From a virus (Duplodnaviria > Caudoviricetes): a DNA stretch of 64,000 bases. Of this stretch, positions 9,570 through 20,000 are shown in pieces (the first letter of the stretch is position 1; each line of letters opens with the position of its first letter). The stretch is taken from the IMG/VR virus record IMGVR_UViG_3300046460_000148, positions 2,195 through 66,194 of that record, one strand, 5' to 3'. Made by a program: the position numbers and the translations under genes. A model generated the notes under the pieces. The model searched no databases, was not told where the DNA came from, and worked only from the letters and a program-made list of their open reading frames with translations.

Positions 9570-10931
9570 GTGCGGCTATTCGGAATCCCCCTCCCGTTTA
9601 CCGGCGAGCGCAAGGCGCTATCGTCCGTCACTGAGAACCGCGCCGGCTGGTTCCGTGTCTTCGAAAGCTTCTCCGGCGCGTGGCAGCAGAACATCACGGT
9701 CGATCGCGACCTCGTGCTGTCCTATCACGCGATTTACGCCTGCATGACGCTGATCGCGGCGGACATCTCCAAGCTCCGCATCAAGCTCGTCCAGCAGGAC
9801 CCCGACACCGGCATCTGGAGCGAAATCAGGAATAACGCCTACACGCCGGTGCTCCGCAAACCGAACCCGTATCAGAACCGCATTCAGTTCCTTGAAAACT
9901 GGATTTTGTCGAAGCTCATTCGCGGCAACGTTTATGTCCTGAAGGTGCGCGACAATCGCGGCGTGGTCACCGGCATGTATGTGCTGGACCCGAACCGGGT
10001 CACGCCGCTGGTCGCTGATAGCGGCGAGGTGTTTTACCAGCTTATGACCGACAATCTGGCGGCGATCGAAAGCGAGATCGTCGTGCCGGCGCGGGAGATC
10101 ATCCATGATCGGATGAACTGCCTGTTTCATCCCCTCGTCGGCGTGTCACCAATCTTCGCGGCCGGCGTCGCCGCCACACAGGGCCTTCGCATTCAGAATA
10201 ACTCCGCCAACTTCTTCGGCAACAATAGCCAGCCGGGCGGTATCTTGACGGCGCCGGGCGCGATTTCCGACGAGACGGCGGCCCGGCTAAAGGCCGCCTG
10301 GGAATCCGGCTACACCGGCAAGAATGCCGGCAAGATCGCCGTTGTCGGCGACGGGCTGGAGTTCAAGCAGCTCACGCTGACGGCGGAAGACAGCCAGTTG
10401 ATCGAGCAATTGCGCTGGACCTCCGAAGTGGTTTGCTCGGTCTTTCACGTCCCGCCCTACAAGATCGGCGTCGGCCCAATGCCGACCTACAACAATATCC
10501 AGTCGCTGAACGTAGAATATTATTCTCAGTGCCTGCAAAAGCTGATCGAGGACGCTGAGCTGTGCCTCGATGAAGGGCTACAGACAAAAGAGGGGGTCGG
10601 CACCGAGTTTGACCTCAAGGGCCTTCTGCGGATGGACAGCGTCACGCAGATGGAAATGCTGGACAAGGGCATCAAGGCCGGTCTGCTTTCACCCGACGAA
10701 GGCCGCCGCGATCTCGATCTGCCCCCGGTTCCCGGCGGTAACACGCCATACCTCCAGCAGCAAAATTACTCGCTTGCCGCCCTGGCGAAGCGTGATGCCC
10801 AGGAGAACCCATTCGGCGCATCCAAGCCGGAACCAGCACCGGCAGAAGAACCGGCACCACCGGCGAATGACAATGCAATTGAGGCCGAGGCCCGCGCCGC
10901 TCTCATCGAACTCTACAAGGGACTCCGCTGA
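9570..10931 (+). CDS. portal protein (HK97 family)
   Basis: KPNPYQ, EIIHDR, GVSPI, FFGNNSQPGGIL, VFHVPPYKIG. Confidence 0.95.
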   Translation: MRLFGIPLPFTGERKALSSVTENRAGWFRVFESFSGAWQQNITVDRDLVLSYHAIYACMTLIAADISKLRIKLVQQDPDTGIWSEIRNNAYTPVLRKPNPYQNRIQFLENWILSKLIRGNVYVLKVRDNRGVVTGMYVLDPNRVTPLVADSGEVFYQLMTDNLAAIESEIVVPAREIIHDRMNCLFHPLVGVSPIFAAGVAATQGLRIQNNSANFFGNNSQPGGILTAPGAISDETAARLKAAWESGYTGKNAGKIAVVGDGLEFKQLTLTAEDSQLIEQLRWTSEVVCSVFHVPPYKIGVGPMPTYNNIQSLNVEYYSQCLQKLIEDAELCLDEGLQTKEGVGTEFDLKGLLRMDSVTQMEMLDKGIKAGLLSPDEGRRDLDLPPVPGGNTPYLQQQNYSLAALAKRDAQENPFGASKPEPAPAEEPAPPANDNAIEAEARAALIELYKGLR

Positions 10932-12238
10932 TGGCCGGTTTCGATTTCGACGGAAAGGCGTTTGGCGTGGAAATCGTCAGCGTCGTGAAGGATTATCTTG
11001 AGCGAAACCTTTCCCCGGTGATCGTTCGGCTCGATGCGCTGGAAAAGCGCCTGACAGAGCAACCGGCTCCAAAGGATGGAGTCGACGGCAAGGATGGCAA
11101 GGATGGCAAGAACGGCAAAGACGGCGCCGACGCCGATCCGGAGACTGTCGCGGAGCTAGCCCGGCAGAAGATCGCCGGCGAGCTGGCGGAGCTACGGGCG
11201 GCGGTCGATGCCATCCCGCCGGCACCGGAGCTGCCGGACGTGGCCGGAATGATCGAGCACGCCGTCAGCGCCCTTGCCAGCGAAGAGACCGTCGCAGCTA
11301 TGATCGAAAAGCGCGTTTCGGAGTTGCCGGAGCCGCCCGCCCTGCCTGAGCTGCCGGATGTCGGCGCAATGATCGAAAACACCATGCTTCCCTATGAGAA
11401 AGCCGTCGAGGCGCTGATTGAAAAGCGCATCGCGGAGCTGCCGCCGCTGCCGGAGCTGCCGGAGCTGCCGGACGTAGATAGCATGATCAAGGCAGCGATC
11501 GACGCGGTTCCCACGGTCGATGAGGTCACTATCCGCAACATGATCGAAGATCAGATCGCGGAGCTGCCGAAGCCGCAGGACGGCAAAAGCGTGACTGTTG
11601 AAGACGTGGCGCCGCTCATTGACGAGCAAGTTGCCAAGGCGGTTGCCGCGATCCCCGTCCCGAAGGACGGCGCACCGGGCAAGGATGGAATCGACGGTAA
11701 AGATGGCGCCCCCGGCAAGGATGGCGTTGGCTTCGCCGGTGCGATCATCGACCGCTCCGGTCACCTGAACATGACCCTCACCGACGGTCAGACACGCGAC
11801 CTCGGCCCGGTTGTCGGCAAGGATGGCAAGGATGGCGAGCCCGGCAAGGATGGAGCTCCAGGCAAAGACGGCCTCGGCTTCGAAGAGATGGACGAAGTGC
11901 TGGATGAAGACGGCCGGACCCTCGTCCGCCGCTATTCGCTCAACGATCGGATCAAGGAATACCGTCACAGGCTCGGCATCCCGCTCGATCAAGGCGTCTT
12001 CAAGGAAGGCACTGAATATCAGCGCGGCGACGGCGTGAGCTACGGCGGTTCCTTCTGGATCGCCCAGGGCACGACCACGGACAAGCCGGACGACAAGACC
12101 GAGGCCGGACGGAAGAGCTGGCGGCTTGCCGTCAAGCGCGGCCGGGATGGAAAGGACGGCATCGTGAAAGCCGAAAAGAAGGTGGGGCCGATCAGCGTCG
12201 GCGTTCCTTCAAAGAAGGATAACGGCGATGACGATTAA
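10931..12238 (+). CDS. collagen-like (GKD repeat) head-associated protein
   Basis: Multiple G-K-D triplets, PELPD repeats, YQRGDGVSYGGSFWIA...WRLAVKRGRDG. Confidence 0.8.
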   Translation: MAGFDFDGKAFGVEIVSVVKDYLERNLSPVIVRLDALEKRLTEQPAPKDGVDGKDGKDGKNGKDGADADPETVAELARQKIAGELAELRAAVDAIPPAPELPDVAGMIEHAVSALASEETVAAMIEKRVSELPEPPALPELPDVGAMIENTMLPYEKAVEALIEKRIAELPPLPELPELPDVDSMIKAAIDAVPTVDEVTIRNMIEDQIAELPKPQDGKSVTVEDVAPLIDEQVAKAVAAIPVPKDGAPGKDGIDGKDGAPGKDGVGFAGAIIDRSGHLNMTLTDGQTRDLGPVVGKDGKDGEPGKDGAPGKDGLGFEEMDEVLDEDGRTLVRRYSLNDRIKEYRHRLGIPLDQGVFKEGTEYQRGDGVSYGGSFWIAQGTTTDKPDDKTEAGRKSWRLAVKRGRDGKDGIVKAEKKVGPISVGVPSKKDNGDDD

Positions 12239-12566
12239 GCTGGTCTCCCTGGAGCGGGTCAAAAGCGCCCTCCGCATTGACACCACGATCGATGACGAGC
12301 TGCTTGACGCCTACATCGCGGCGGCGTCGGCGGCGGTGGTCAATTACCTCAAGGCGCAAGCCGAGGTGTTGCTTGACCTGGATAGCGGCGGTGAAATGCC
12401 CTCCGGCACCGAAGTGCCGGCGGAGATCGAGATCGCAACGATCATCCTTGTCGGGCATTTCTACAAGGAACCGGACGGCGACGCCGAAGGAGCGTTCGAG
12501 CGGGGCTATTTGCCGAAGAAGGTGACGGCCCTCCTCTATCCCTTGCGCGATCCTGCCTTTGCATGA
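12228..12566 (+). CDS. head-tail connector (gp6-like)
   Basis: LVSLERVKSALRID...DDELL...ALLYPLRDP. Confidence 0.85.
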   Translation: MTIKLVSLERVKSALRIDTTIDDELLDAYIAAASAAVVNYLKAQAEVLLDLDSGGEMPSGTEVPAEIEIATIILVGHFYKEPDGDAEGAFERGYLPKKVTALLYPLRDPAFA

Positions 12567-13189
12567 AGGACAGGCGGCCGGACTGGTTTCCCGATTGGTC
12601 CGGGCAAACGTGCGTCATCGTCGCGTCGGGACCGACCGCGAAGAATGCGCCGATTGATGCCGCAATCGACCGGGCGCGCTTCATCGCTATCAATACCTCG
12701 TGGAAGCTGGCGCCCTGGGCCGACATCCTGTTTGCCTGTGACGCGGCGTGGTGGAACCATTCCCAAGGCTGCAAGGCGTTCAAGGGGATGAAGATCACGA
12801 CTGACAAGGTGGCGGCCCGCACCTTCCCGGATATCCGTCTGGTCGAATGCCTGAAGCCGGACGATCGACTGATCCTCAAACCGCTCGGGACGATCGGGTG
12901 GGGCGGTAACAGCGGTTTTCACTGTCTCAATCTCGCGGTGCAGTTCCAATGCGCTAAGATCATCCTTGTCGGCTACGACATGACGCTCACCGGCGGCCTG
13001 CATTGGCACGGGGCGCACCCGGACGGCATGAGCAATCCGAGGTCCGGCAACGTCGAGCGCTGGCGCCGGGCGGTCGATGCAGCGGCAAAGGTCATCAAGC
13101 CGCTGGGCATCAAGGTCATCAACTGCTCGCCGGTTTCGATGCTCCAGAACTATCCGAAAATGACATTCGAGGAAGCGCTGGAAGCATGA
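12563..13189 (+). CDS. DUF115/Maf-like nucleotide-sugar transferase-fold protein
   Basis: VIVASGPT, IAIN, FACD, NSG...LNLA...KIILVGYDM. Confidence 0.65.
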   Translation: MKDRRPDWFPDWSGQTCVIVASGPTAKNAPIDAAIDRARFIAINTSWKLAPWADILFACDAAWWNHSQGCKAFKGMKITTDKVAARTFPDIRLVECLKPDDRLILKPLGTIGWGGNSGFHCLNLAVQFQCAKIILVGYDMTLTGGLHWHGAHPDGMSNPRSGNVERWRRAVDAAAKVIKPLGIKVINCSPVSMLQNYPKMTFEEALEA

Positions 13190-13788
13190 CGAAGGCGAAG
13201 ACGGTTGCTTGTGTCCTCCGCTCTGGGGGCGAATACGCGCCGCACCATGTCACGCGGTTGCGCGATCAGGTCGCGGAGCATTTGCCCGGCACCGAATTCC
13301 GCTGCCTGTCCGACACAAGCGTTTCCGGAGTCGAGTGCATCCCGCTTCGCTACACGTGGCCGGGATGGTGGGCGAAGATGGAGCTTTTCCGTCCGGACCT
13401 TCCCGATGACTGGCTCTTCTTCGACCTGGACACAAGCATCGTCGGCAGTCTGGCAGACATGGCAGCGGTCGAGGGTCCGGTGATCATGCGCGACGTTTAC
13501 CGGCCGGGCGGCTTTCAAAGCAGCGTCATGGCAATCCCGCACGAGATCAAGGCCACGATCTGGAACGCTTTCACGGTCGCGCCGGTGAGCCGCATGCGGT
13601 TCGCAGTCGGCGGAGATCAGGTTTTTCTTGAGCGCTGCAAAGGCGTCGATTGGCGGCTGTGGCAAGACGTTTTGCCCGGTCAATTGTGCTCCTACAAGGT
13701 GGACGTTCGTCGGCTCGGTCGCAAGCCGCGCGGCGTCCGGGCGGTGATCTTCCACGGCAAACCGCGACCTTGGGAGGTAGGATGGTAA
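13186..13788 (+). CDS. GT-A (GT8-like) glycosyltransferase
   Basis: GWWAKMELF, DxD motif FFDLDT, SSVM, GDQ, FHGKPRPW. Confidence 0.75.
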   Translation: MTKAKTVACVLRSGGEYAPHHVTRLRDQVAEHLPGTEFRCLSDTSVSGVECIPLRYTWPGWWAKMELFRPDLPDDWLFFDLDTSIVGSLADMAAVEGPVIMRDVYRPGGFQSSVMAIPHEIKATIWNAFTVAPVSRMRFAVGGDQVFLERCKGVDWRLWQDVLPGQLCSYKVDVRRLGRKPRGVRAVIFHGKPRPWEVGW

Positions 13789-14345
13789 CACCCTTTGCGC
13801 AGCGCGGCGGCGCAATCATCCGCCGCTTGCCACGAAACGCGCGTGTGGTCGAGGTCGGCGTGCTGATCGGCATCTTGTCCGAGTATCTGCTCCGCAACCG
13901 GACGGATATCACGCTCTATATGGTCGATAGCTGGCTTGAGGCCGACGAACAGCCCGATCAATACCGCGCCACCGGCGACGTGCACGCCAACCACAATCGC
14001 AAGATCGTCCGCGATCATCGCGCCCAGGCGGAGAACCGCGCCCGGCATTTTCACGGTCGCGCGCAAGTCATGGCGGTGCCCTCGCTTGCGGCTGCGACCC
14101 GATTTAACGACGCCGAACTCGATCTGGTCTTCCTGGATGCTGATCACAGCTATGCCGGCGTCAGCGCCGACATCGCGGCATGGCTGCCGAAGATTAAGCC
14201 GGGCGGCTGGATCGGCGGTCATGATTACGAAAACCCCGATCCGGCGTTCCGTTTCGGCGTCACGGAAGCGGTCGATGAATGGGCCGAGGCGACCGGGCGC
14301 AAGATCGAAACCGACGCCAATTTCACTTGGTTTGCGAGGGTGTGA
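13782..14345 (+). CDS. class I SAM-dependent methyltransferase (Methyltransf_24-like)
   Basis: VEVGV, VDSW, DLVFLDADHSY, KPGGWIGGHDY. Confidence 0.85.
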   Translation: MVTPFAQRGGAIIRRLPRNARVVEVGVLIGILSEYLLRNRTDITLYMVDSWLEADEQPDQYRATGDVHANHNRKIVRDHRAQAENRARHFHGRAQVMAVPSLAAATRFNDAELDLVFLDADHSYAGVSADIAAWLPKIKPGGWIGGHDYENPDPAFRFGVTEAVDEWAEATGRKIETDANFTWFARV

Positions 14346-14560
14346 TGGCTGCAATTACTCCGAAGACGGCCCGGCTGGAAATCAGGGTGGATCAGCGTGG
14401 CAAGTTCCGCGCCTACTATGACGGCGAGCCTATGAGGGGCGTCGTCGCCGTCGATCTCAATCACCAATACGGCCAGCTCGCGACCACGACCGTGACCTTC
14501 GCCGGCGTGGCTACCCGGCTGGCGACCGAAGTGCTGGATGAGTCCGAAGATGGCGAATAA
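14345..14560 (+). CDS. hypothetical protein
   Basis: TGATG-coupled ORF. Confidence 0.55.
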   Translation: MAAITPKTARLEIRVDQRGKFRAYYDGEPMRGVVAVDLNHQYGQLATTTVTFAGVATRLATEVLDESEDGE

Positions 14561-14930
14561 GGGCGCCGGCCACCTCTATGAGAAAGTCGCTTTCGATGAA
14601 CGGCAGCTCGCCAGCGACGGCTACGGCAATACTGAAACCGGCTTCGCTGAAATCTTCTCCTGCCGCGCCGGCTTTACCTATCTGCGCGGCTCGGAAGCCG
14701 TCATTGCGGCGCGTTTGGAAGGCCGGCAACCGATCGTCGTCCGGGTCCGTGCGACCCCGGACACGCGGCAAATTCAGCCCGATTGGCGAATGCGTGATTT
14801 GCAGAACGGGACCTGGGAGGACAGCGCCGAAACCGTCTGGTCCGGCCCGGTCTACGCGGTGCGCTCGATCGCAGAGACCGAGGACCGACAATGGATCGAT
14901 GTGATGGTGGAAAGCGGCGTGGCCGCATGA
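14550..14930 (+). CDS. head closure protein (SPP1 gp16-like)
   Basis: DGYGN, GSEAVIAARLEGRQP, IQPDWRM. Confidence 0.8.
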   Translation: MANKGAGHLYEKVAFDERQLASDGYGNTETGFAEIFSCRAGFTYLRGSEAVIAARLEGRQPIVVRVRATPDTRQIQPDWRMRDLQNGTWEDSAETVWSGPVYAVRSIAETEDRQWIDVMVESGVAA

Positions 14931-14940
14931 GGAAGAGCTA

Positions 14941-15144
14941 ATGGCCTGGGTACGATTCAAGCGCAATTACGACTGGAAGCCGACGTCGCAAACCACGATC
15001 GCCTACAAGGCCGGCATGGAGGTGAACGTCAAGGCCGCATGTGCGGAGATGGCGGTCGATGCCGGCGCCGCCGTGCGTTTGCAGAAGGGCAACCGGGACG
15101 CGGAGCCGGTCGAAGAGACCGCGTCAGACGAACGTGCCGGTTAA
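14941..15144 (+). CDS. hypothetical neck-region protein
   Basis: MAWVRF...YDWKP...AYKAG. Confidence 0.6.
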   Translation: MAWVRFKRNYDWKPTSQTTIAYKAGMEVNVKAACAEMAVDAGAAVRLQKGNRDAEPVEETASDERAG

Positions 15145-15571
15145 AATCCTCGGCCTTGCCCGGCTCGATGCCAAGCTGACGCGGATGCCGGCAGCGGCAA
15201 AGGCGGAAATCAAGAAGGCGATGGAGGCGGCGGCCACTGAAATGGTCGCAACCATGAAGCACCTCGTCCCAGTCTCATCCGGCCCGCACGGCGGCACGCT
15301 GCGCGACAGCATCGGCTGGACATGGGGCAAGGCGCCGAAGGGCGCCGGCATTGTCGCGCTGGGGACCTCCAAGCTTGCCGCCGATCTCACGCTGACGGTC
15401 TACGCCGGCAACGAGGAAGCCTTCTATGGACGCTGGCAGGAATTCGGCACGGTCAAGCAGGCCGCCCAGCCGTTCTTTTTCGTCTCATACCGGGCTCACC
15501 GGAAGTCAGCCAAGCGCATGATCCGCGCCGCAACCACCCGCGCCGCCAAGAAGGTAGCCGCATCGTCATGA
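15134..15571 (+). CDS. HK97 gp10-family tail/neck protein
   Basis: GTLRDSI, EFGTVKQAAQPFF. Confidence 0.85.
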   Translation: MPVKILGLARLDAKLTRMPAAAKAEIKKAMEAAATEMVATMKHLVPVSSGPHGGTLRDSIGWTWGKAPKGAGIVALGTSKLAADLTLTVYAGNEEAFYGRWQEFGTVKQAAQPFFFVSYRAHRKSAKRMIRAATTRAAKKVAASS

Positions 15572-15972
15572 CATCGCCATCACTGGAAATTCAGGGGGCC
15601 ATTCTCCCGGTCCTCAGAAGCGATAGCGCCGTGGTCGCGATCATCGGGCAGCGGTCCTATGACAGCGTGCCGACGAACGCGGTTTTCCCCTACACCTCAT
15701 TCGGCCCGAGCGATGAGACAAGCGACGACGCGGACTGCATCACCGGCTTTGAGGTTTCATTCCAGATCGATTGCTGGTCGCGCAAGCCCGGTTACCCAGA
15801 GGTCCGCGCGCTGGCCGACGCGGTGCGGAAGGCAATCCACGGTCAGGACTTTGACCTGTCCGTCAACAAGCTTGTGCTGTTCGAACATCGCCAGACCCGG
15901 TTCCTCCGCGACTCCGATGGCCTCACGTCACATGCCGCCATGACTTTCACGGCCATCGTCGAGGCCGCCTAA
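15568..15972 (+). CDS. tail terminator/completion protein (DUF3168-like)
   Basis: YDSVP...FPY, QIDCWSR, DGLTSHA. Confidence 0.8.
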   Translation: MTSPSLEIQGAILPVLRSDSAVVAIIGQRSYDSVPTNAVFPYTSFGPSDETSDDADCITGFEVSFQIDCWSRKPGYPEVRALADAVRKAIHGQDFDLSVNKLVLFEHRQTRFLRDSDGLTSHAAMTFTAIVEAA

Positions 15973-16000
15973 CCCAAAACCAAAATCGAAATCCACCCAT

Positions 16001-16028
16001 CCTCGTCCGCGCCTGGACGGGGTTTTTT
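16001..16028 (+). terminator. terminator-like hairpin before tail tube gene
   Basis: CCTCGTCC / GGACGGGG stem + TTTTTT. Confidence 0.5.
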
Positions 16029-16059
16029 GCGCTGCCTGTGCTTCGAAAGGAAAACCACA

Positions 16060-16503
16060 ATGGCACCTCCTACCACTGCCAAATTCGGCAAGTTCCGCGT
16101 GCTTCTCGGCAACGGGGCTTCGCCGGAAGTGTTCGCCGCGCCTTGCGGTTTCACTTCAAAATCGCTTGCCCTGACCAAGAACCTCACTGACGTGAACCTT
16201 CCGGATTGCGATGACCCGGACGCGCCCGCATGGGTAGGCCGCGACGTCGAAAGCCTGACGGCTTCGATTACCGGTGAAGGGGTCATGGCGGCGGAGTCTG
16301 CTGCTGATTGGATGGACGCTTTCGAGAGTACCTCATCGATCAGCGTCAAGGTGGAGATCGAGTTCCCGCTCGTCACGTGGACCTACACCGGCAAGATGCA
16401 CATCTCGTCCATGACGCTTGCCGCTGAGCAGGGCGGGCGCGTCAGCAACAATGTCGAGATGCAGAGCGACGGCGAGCTGGTCCGGAGCATGGCGACCACG
16501 TGA
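16060..16503 (+). CDS. tail tube (major tail) protein
   Basis: GNGASPEVFAAPCG, PDCDDPD, SITGEG. Confidence 0.85.
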   Translation: MAPPTTAKFGKFRVLLGNGASPEVFAAPCGFTSKSLALTKNLTDVNLPDCDDPDAPAWVGRDVESLTASITGEGVMAAESAADWMDAFESTSSISVKVEIEFPLVTWTYTGKMHISSMTLAAEQGGRVSNNVEMQSDGELVRSMATT

Positions 16504-16916
16504 GCCGGAGCGCTACCATCATTCTTACGTGGGCGGATGGTGATTACACCTTCCGCCTCGCGTGGGGCGAGCTTGCCAAGCTGCAAGAGGCAACTGACGC
16601 CGGCCCATTCGTCGTCCTGAACCGCCTGCAAGACGGAACATGGAGAATTGAGGATATTTCCTCGGTAATCCGCCTCGGCCTGATAGGCGGCGGCCTGGAG
16701 CCTATCCAGGCGCTCAAACTGACGCGCTCCTATGTAGAGAGCCGCCCTCCCCTCGAAAACGTCCTGGTAGCCGTTGCCGTCCTTCAGACAGCCCTCATGG
16801 GGGCACCGGATGAAGACGATTTAAAAAAAAACGAAAAAGCGACCCCGGCGAGCGACTCGACACCCTCCCCAACGGAAAATTCAACTTCGGCGTCCTCTAC
16901 GGCAGCGGTGCAGTAA
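16500..16916 (+). CDS. tail assembly chaperone (GTA-gp10-like; gpG analogue)
   Basis: WADGDYTFRL, IRLGLIGGG; lies between tail tube and tape measure genes. Confidence 0.8.
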   Translation: MSRSATIILTWADGDYTFRLAWGELAKLQEATDAGPFVVLNRLQDGTWRIEDISSVIRLGLIGGGLEPIQALKLTRSYVESRPPLENVLVAVAVLQTALMGAPDEDDLKKNEKATPASDSTPSPTENSTSASSTAAVQ

Positions 16917-17071
16917 TCGGCTACACCCCGCAAGAGGTTGACCAGATGAGCGTCTGGCAATTCGTCGCCGCTTGCGACGGCTATGCCAAGGGCAATGATC
17001 CCAACGGCAATCACGACCTTTCCCCCGCCGAAGCCGATGAGCTTTGGTCATGGATGCAAACCAAACACTGA
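16820..17071 (+). CDS. -1 frameshift extension of tail assembly chaperone (gpGT analogue)
   Basis: Slippery T TTA AAA / A AAA AAC at 16820-16832; the -1 frame reads RKSDPGERL...GYTPQEVDQMSVWQF...QTKH* and ends just before the tape measure start. Confidence 0.8.
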   Translation, partial: FKKKRKSDPGERLDTLPNGKFNFGVLYGSGAVIGYTPQEVDQMSVWQFVAACDGYAKGNDPNGNHDLSPAEADELWSWMQTKH

Positions 17072-17080
17072 GGTTCTTAC

Positions 17081-20000
17081 GTGGCAGCGACCGATCTTGA
17101 GCGCCTAGTCGTCCAGCTAAGCGCCGACTTCAAGGGCTATGAACGCGGGGTATCCCGTGCGCGCGGTGTGACGAACCGTGAGTTTTCGGCGATTGAGCGC
17201 CGCGCGCAAAGCATGAACCGCAATCTGGACAATATCGGCAAGGGTTTCGGCCGGGGCCTGATCGCGCCGCTTGCCGGCGTCGGCGCCGCCCTCACGGTTG
17301 CCGAGGTCATCAAATATGCCGACGCCTGGAAACAGGCTGGCAACGCGCTGAAGGTCTCCGGCGTCCCGGCCGAGAAGATGACGGCCACGCTCGACCGGCT
17401 CTTCAATATCGCCCAAGGCGCGGGTGCGGACCTTGGCGCGACGGTGACCTTGTTCTCCCGGCTGTCACAGTCAGCGGGCGAATTGGGCGCCACCGAAGAG
17501 CAGCTTTTCAAATTCACGACGGGCATCGGAGACGCCTTGAAGGTGGCCGGCACTGATGCTGGCGCGGCCAGCGGCGCGCTCCTACAGTTGAGCCAAGCCC
17601 TCGGCGGCGCGGTTGTCCACGCCGAGGAATTCAATTCGATCAATGAGGGCGCCCGGCCGATCCTGCAAGCGGTCGCCAACGGCATGGACAAGGCCGGCGG
17701 CTCGGTTTCCAAATTGCGGGCGATGGTCCTGGACGGCAACGTGACGTCGAAGGAATTCTTCGCCGCCTTCCTAAAGGGGTCCGGCGAACTGGCGAAACAA
17801 GCCGCCTCCGCCTCCACGACGTTCGGGCAAGCGTTCCAGAAGATCGAGAACGCCTTTACCAAATACATCGGTCAGACCGACGAAAGCCTCGGCGCCTCCC
17901 GGCGTCTGATTGTCGGCCTGGAAGCGCTCGCCAATAACTTCGGCACGGTGGCGGACGTCGCCATCAATTTCGCCAGCATCCTGGCGGCCGGCCTGCTCGG
18001 CCGTTCCATCGGCAAGATGGTTGCATCCTTCGGGCTGGGGATCGCGGCACTCAAGAAGTTTATGGACGCGCTGAAAGCGGCTCAAGGTGTCGCCCGCACC
18101 GGTATCCTGCTTGGCGGCCTGGGGTCGGCGGCCGGTCCGATCGGCGCCGCTATTGCGGTTGGCGCGACGGCGGCAACAATCGCCCTTGGATATTTGGCAT
18201 CTAAAGCCGAGGAAGCGGCCGAACGGTCAAAGCGCGTCAATGAGCAGCTTGAAACGATGGGCCTCCTTGCCAACGAAGCCGCGCCGAAGGTTGAGGAGGT
18301 TGCAAAATCCCTCGATCAAATGTCGAAGGGTGACGTCGCCCGGAGCCTTGCGGACATCAACGCCGAAATCGACCGGCTGCGCAGCGGCGGCGGCTTCAGT
18401 AGCCTTGGCGACGAGCTGGGTTCGATCGCGGAAAAGGCGCGGGCTCAGACGCGCGGCCTTGTCGGTCTATTCTCTACCTCCGCGATAGACAAAGGCGGCC
18501 TGGATCAGATTGCCCGGCTCGCGGATGATATCGCCAATGGCAACATCGCCGCCGAGGATGCGCTCGCCACCCTCAAGGAGATGGAGAAGACTGAGATCAG
18601 CAAGCCCGTGCTTGATTTGAATAAGCAGCTCCAATTCACCATTACGCGGTTCCAGGCGGCGCAGCTCGGCGCGTCAAAGCTGGGCGACACGAAGCAGCTC
18701 GACACCTACCGGGAGGCTGTGAAAAAGGCCGGCGACGAGGCGGTTGCGCTGTTTGACAATCTGCTGAGCACGATGGACCGGACGGGCGTCTCGGCCGACA
18801 CCATCACTCAGCTCGAAACCCTTCGGGACGGCCTGAAAAATGGGTCGATCAGCGCGGAGACCGCCAAGAAGGCGCTCCAGGAGATGGCCAACGCTGACTA
18901 CCGGTTCCAGAATATCGTCAGCGCTTTTGCCCCCGTGCTCGACGTCATCACCCAATCGATAAAGGCTCTTGAGGAGTTCCAGAAGAAGGCCGGGGCGATC
19001 GGCTCAACCAGCATGCCCGGCCAGACCACGTTCATGCCGCGTGAAGGTGCGCAAGAGGAAACCCGGCGCCGCGCCGCCAAGACATTTCTTGATGAGCAGA
19101 CCGCGCTGGAAACACGCACGGCCAACGAAAAGGAGATCGCCGCTCTTACTGAAAAGCTCCTGAAGGACGCCAAGGAAGCCGGCAAGGCGATCACCGACGC
19201 CGAGGCCGCCGCCACGGCCCGGTCTATCATTGAAAAGCGTGAAGCCGCCGAGACGCGCACCTCCGCAGCGAACGACATCCGCAAGTCACTTGTGGACACG
19301 GCGAAGGACTTTTCCGGCTTCAGTGAAAACGTCCCGGCCCAGCGCAACGCTTTGCAGGATTTTTTCAAGGCGGCAAACCAGAACGTTGATCCGAAGATTA
19401 CAGCATGGTGCGCGGCCTTCGTGAACGCGGTCCTGGCAACCAACGGCCTGCCGAGCACCGGCAAGCTGAATGCCCGGTCCTTCCTCGACTACGGGACCGC
19501 GACCACGGAGCCGAAGCCGGGAGACCTTGTCATCCTCAAGCGCGGAAGCGGCAACGTGCAAGGTCACGTCGGTTTCTTCATGGGCAATGACGAGGGTGGC
19601 GGCGTCCGCGTCCTCGGCGGAAATCAGGGCGATCAGGTCAGCGAAAAGACCTTCAAGAGCGAGGACGTTCTCGGCTTCCGGCAGGTGCCCGGCGGCTCAT
19701 CGGATTCCCTGGCCCAATCCGTCAAACTGCGGCAAGAGCAACTGAAAATCATCCGCGAGACGATGGCGGCGACCGCCGAAGAGACCGCCGGCATCGCGTT
19801 CGAAACGGGCACCATGTCAGCGTCGAACGCGGAGCGGGAAAAGCAGCGCGTCATCCGTGAGACGCTGCTCGAACTGGAAAAGCAGGGCGTCCCGATCACC
19901 GACGAACTGCGCGCCGCCGTAGAAGCCGAAGCCGCCGCCCGCTACACCCAGGTCGCCGCCTATGATGCGGCCGAACAAGCGGCCGATCGCCTGAAGGAAA

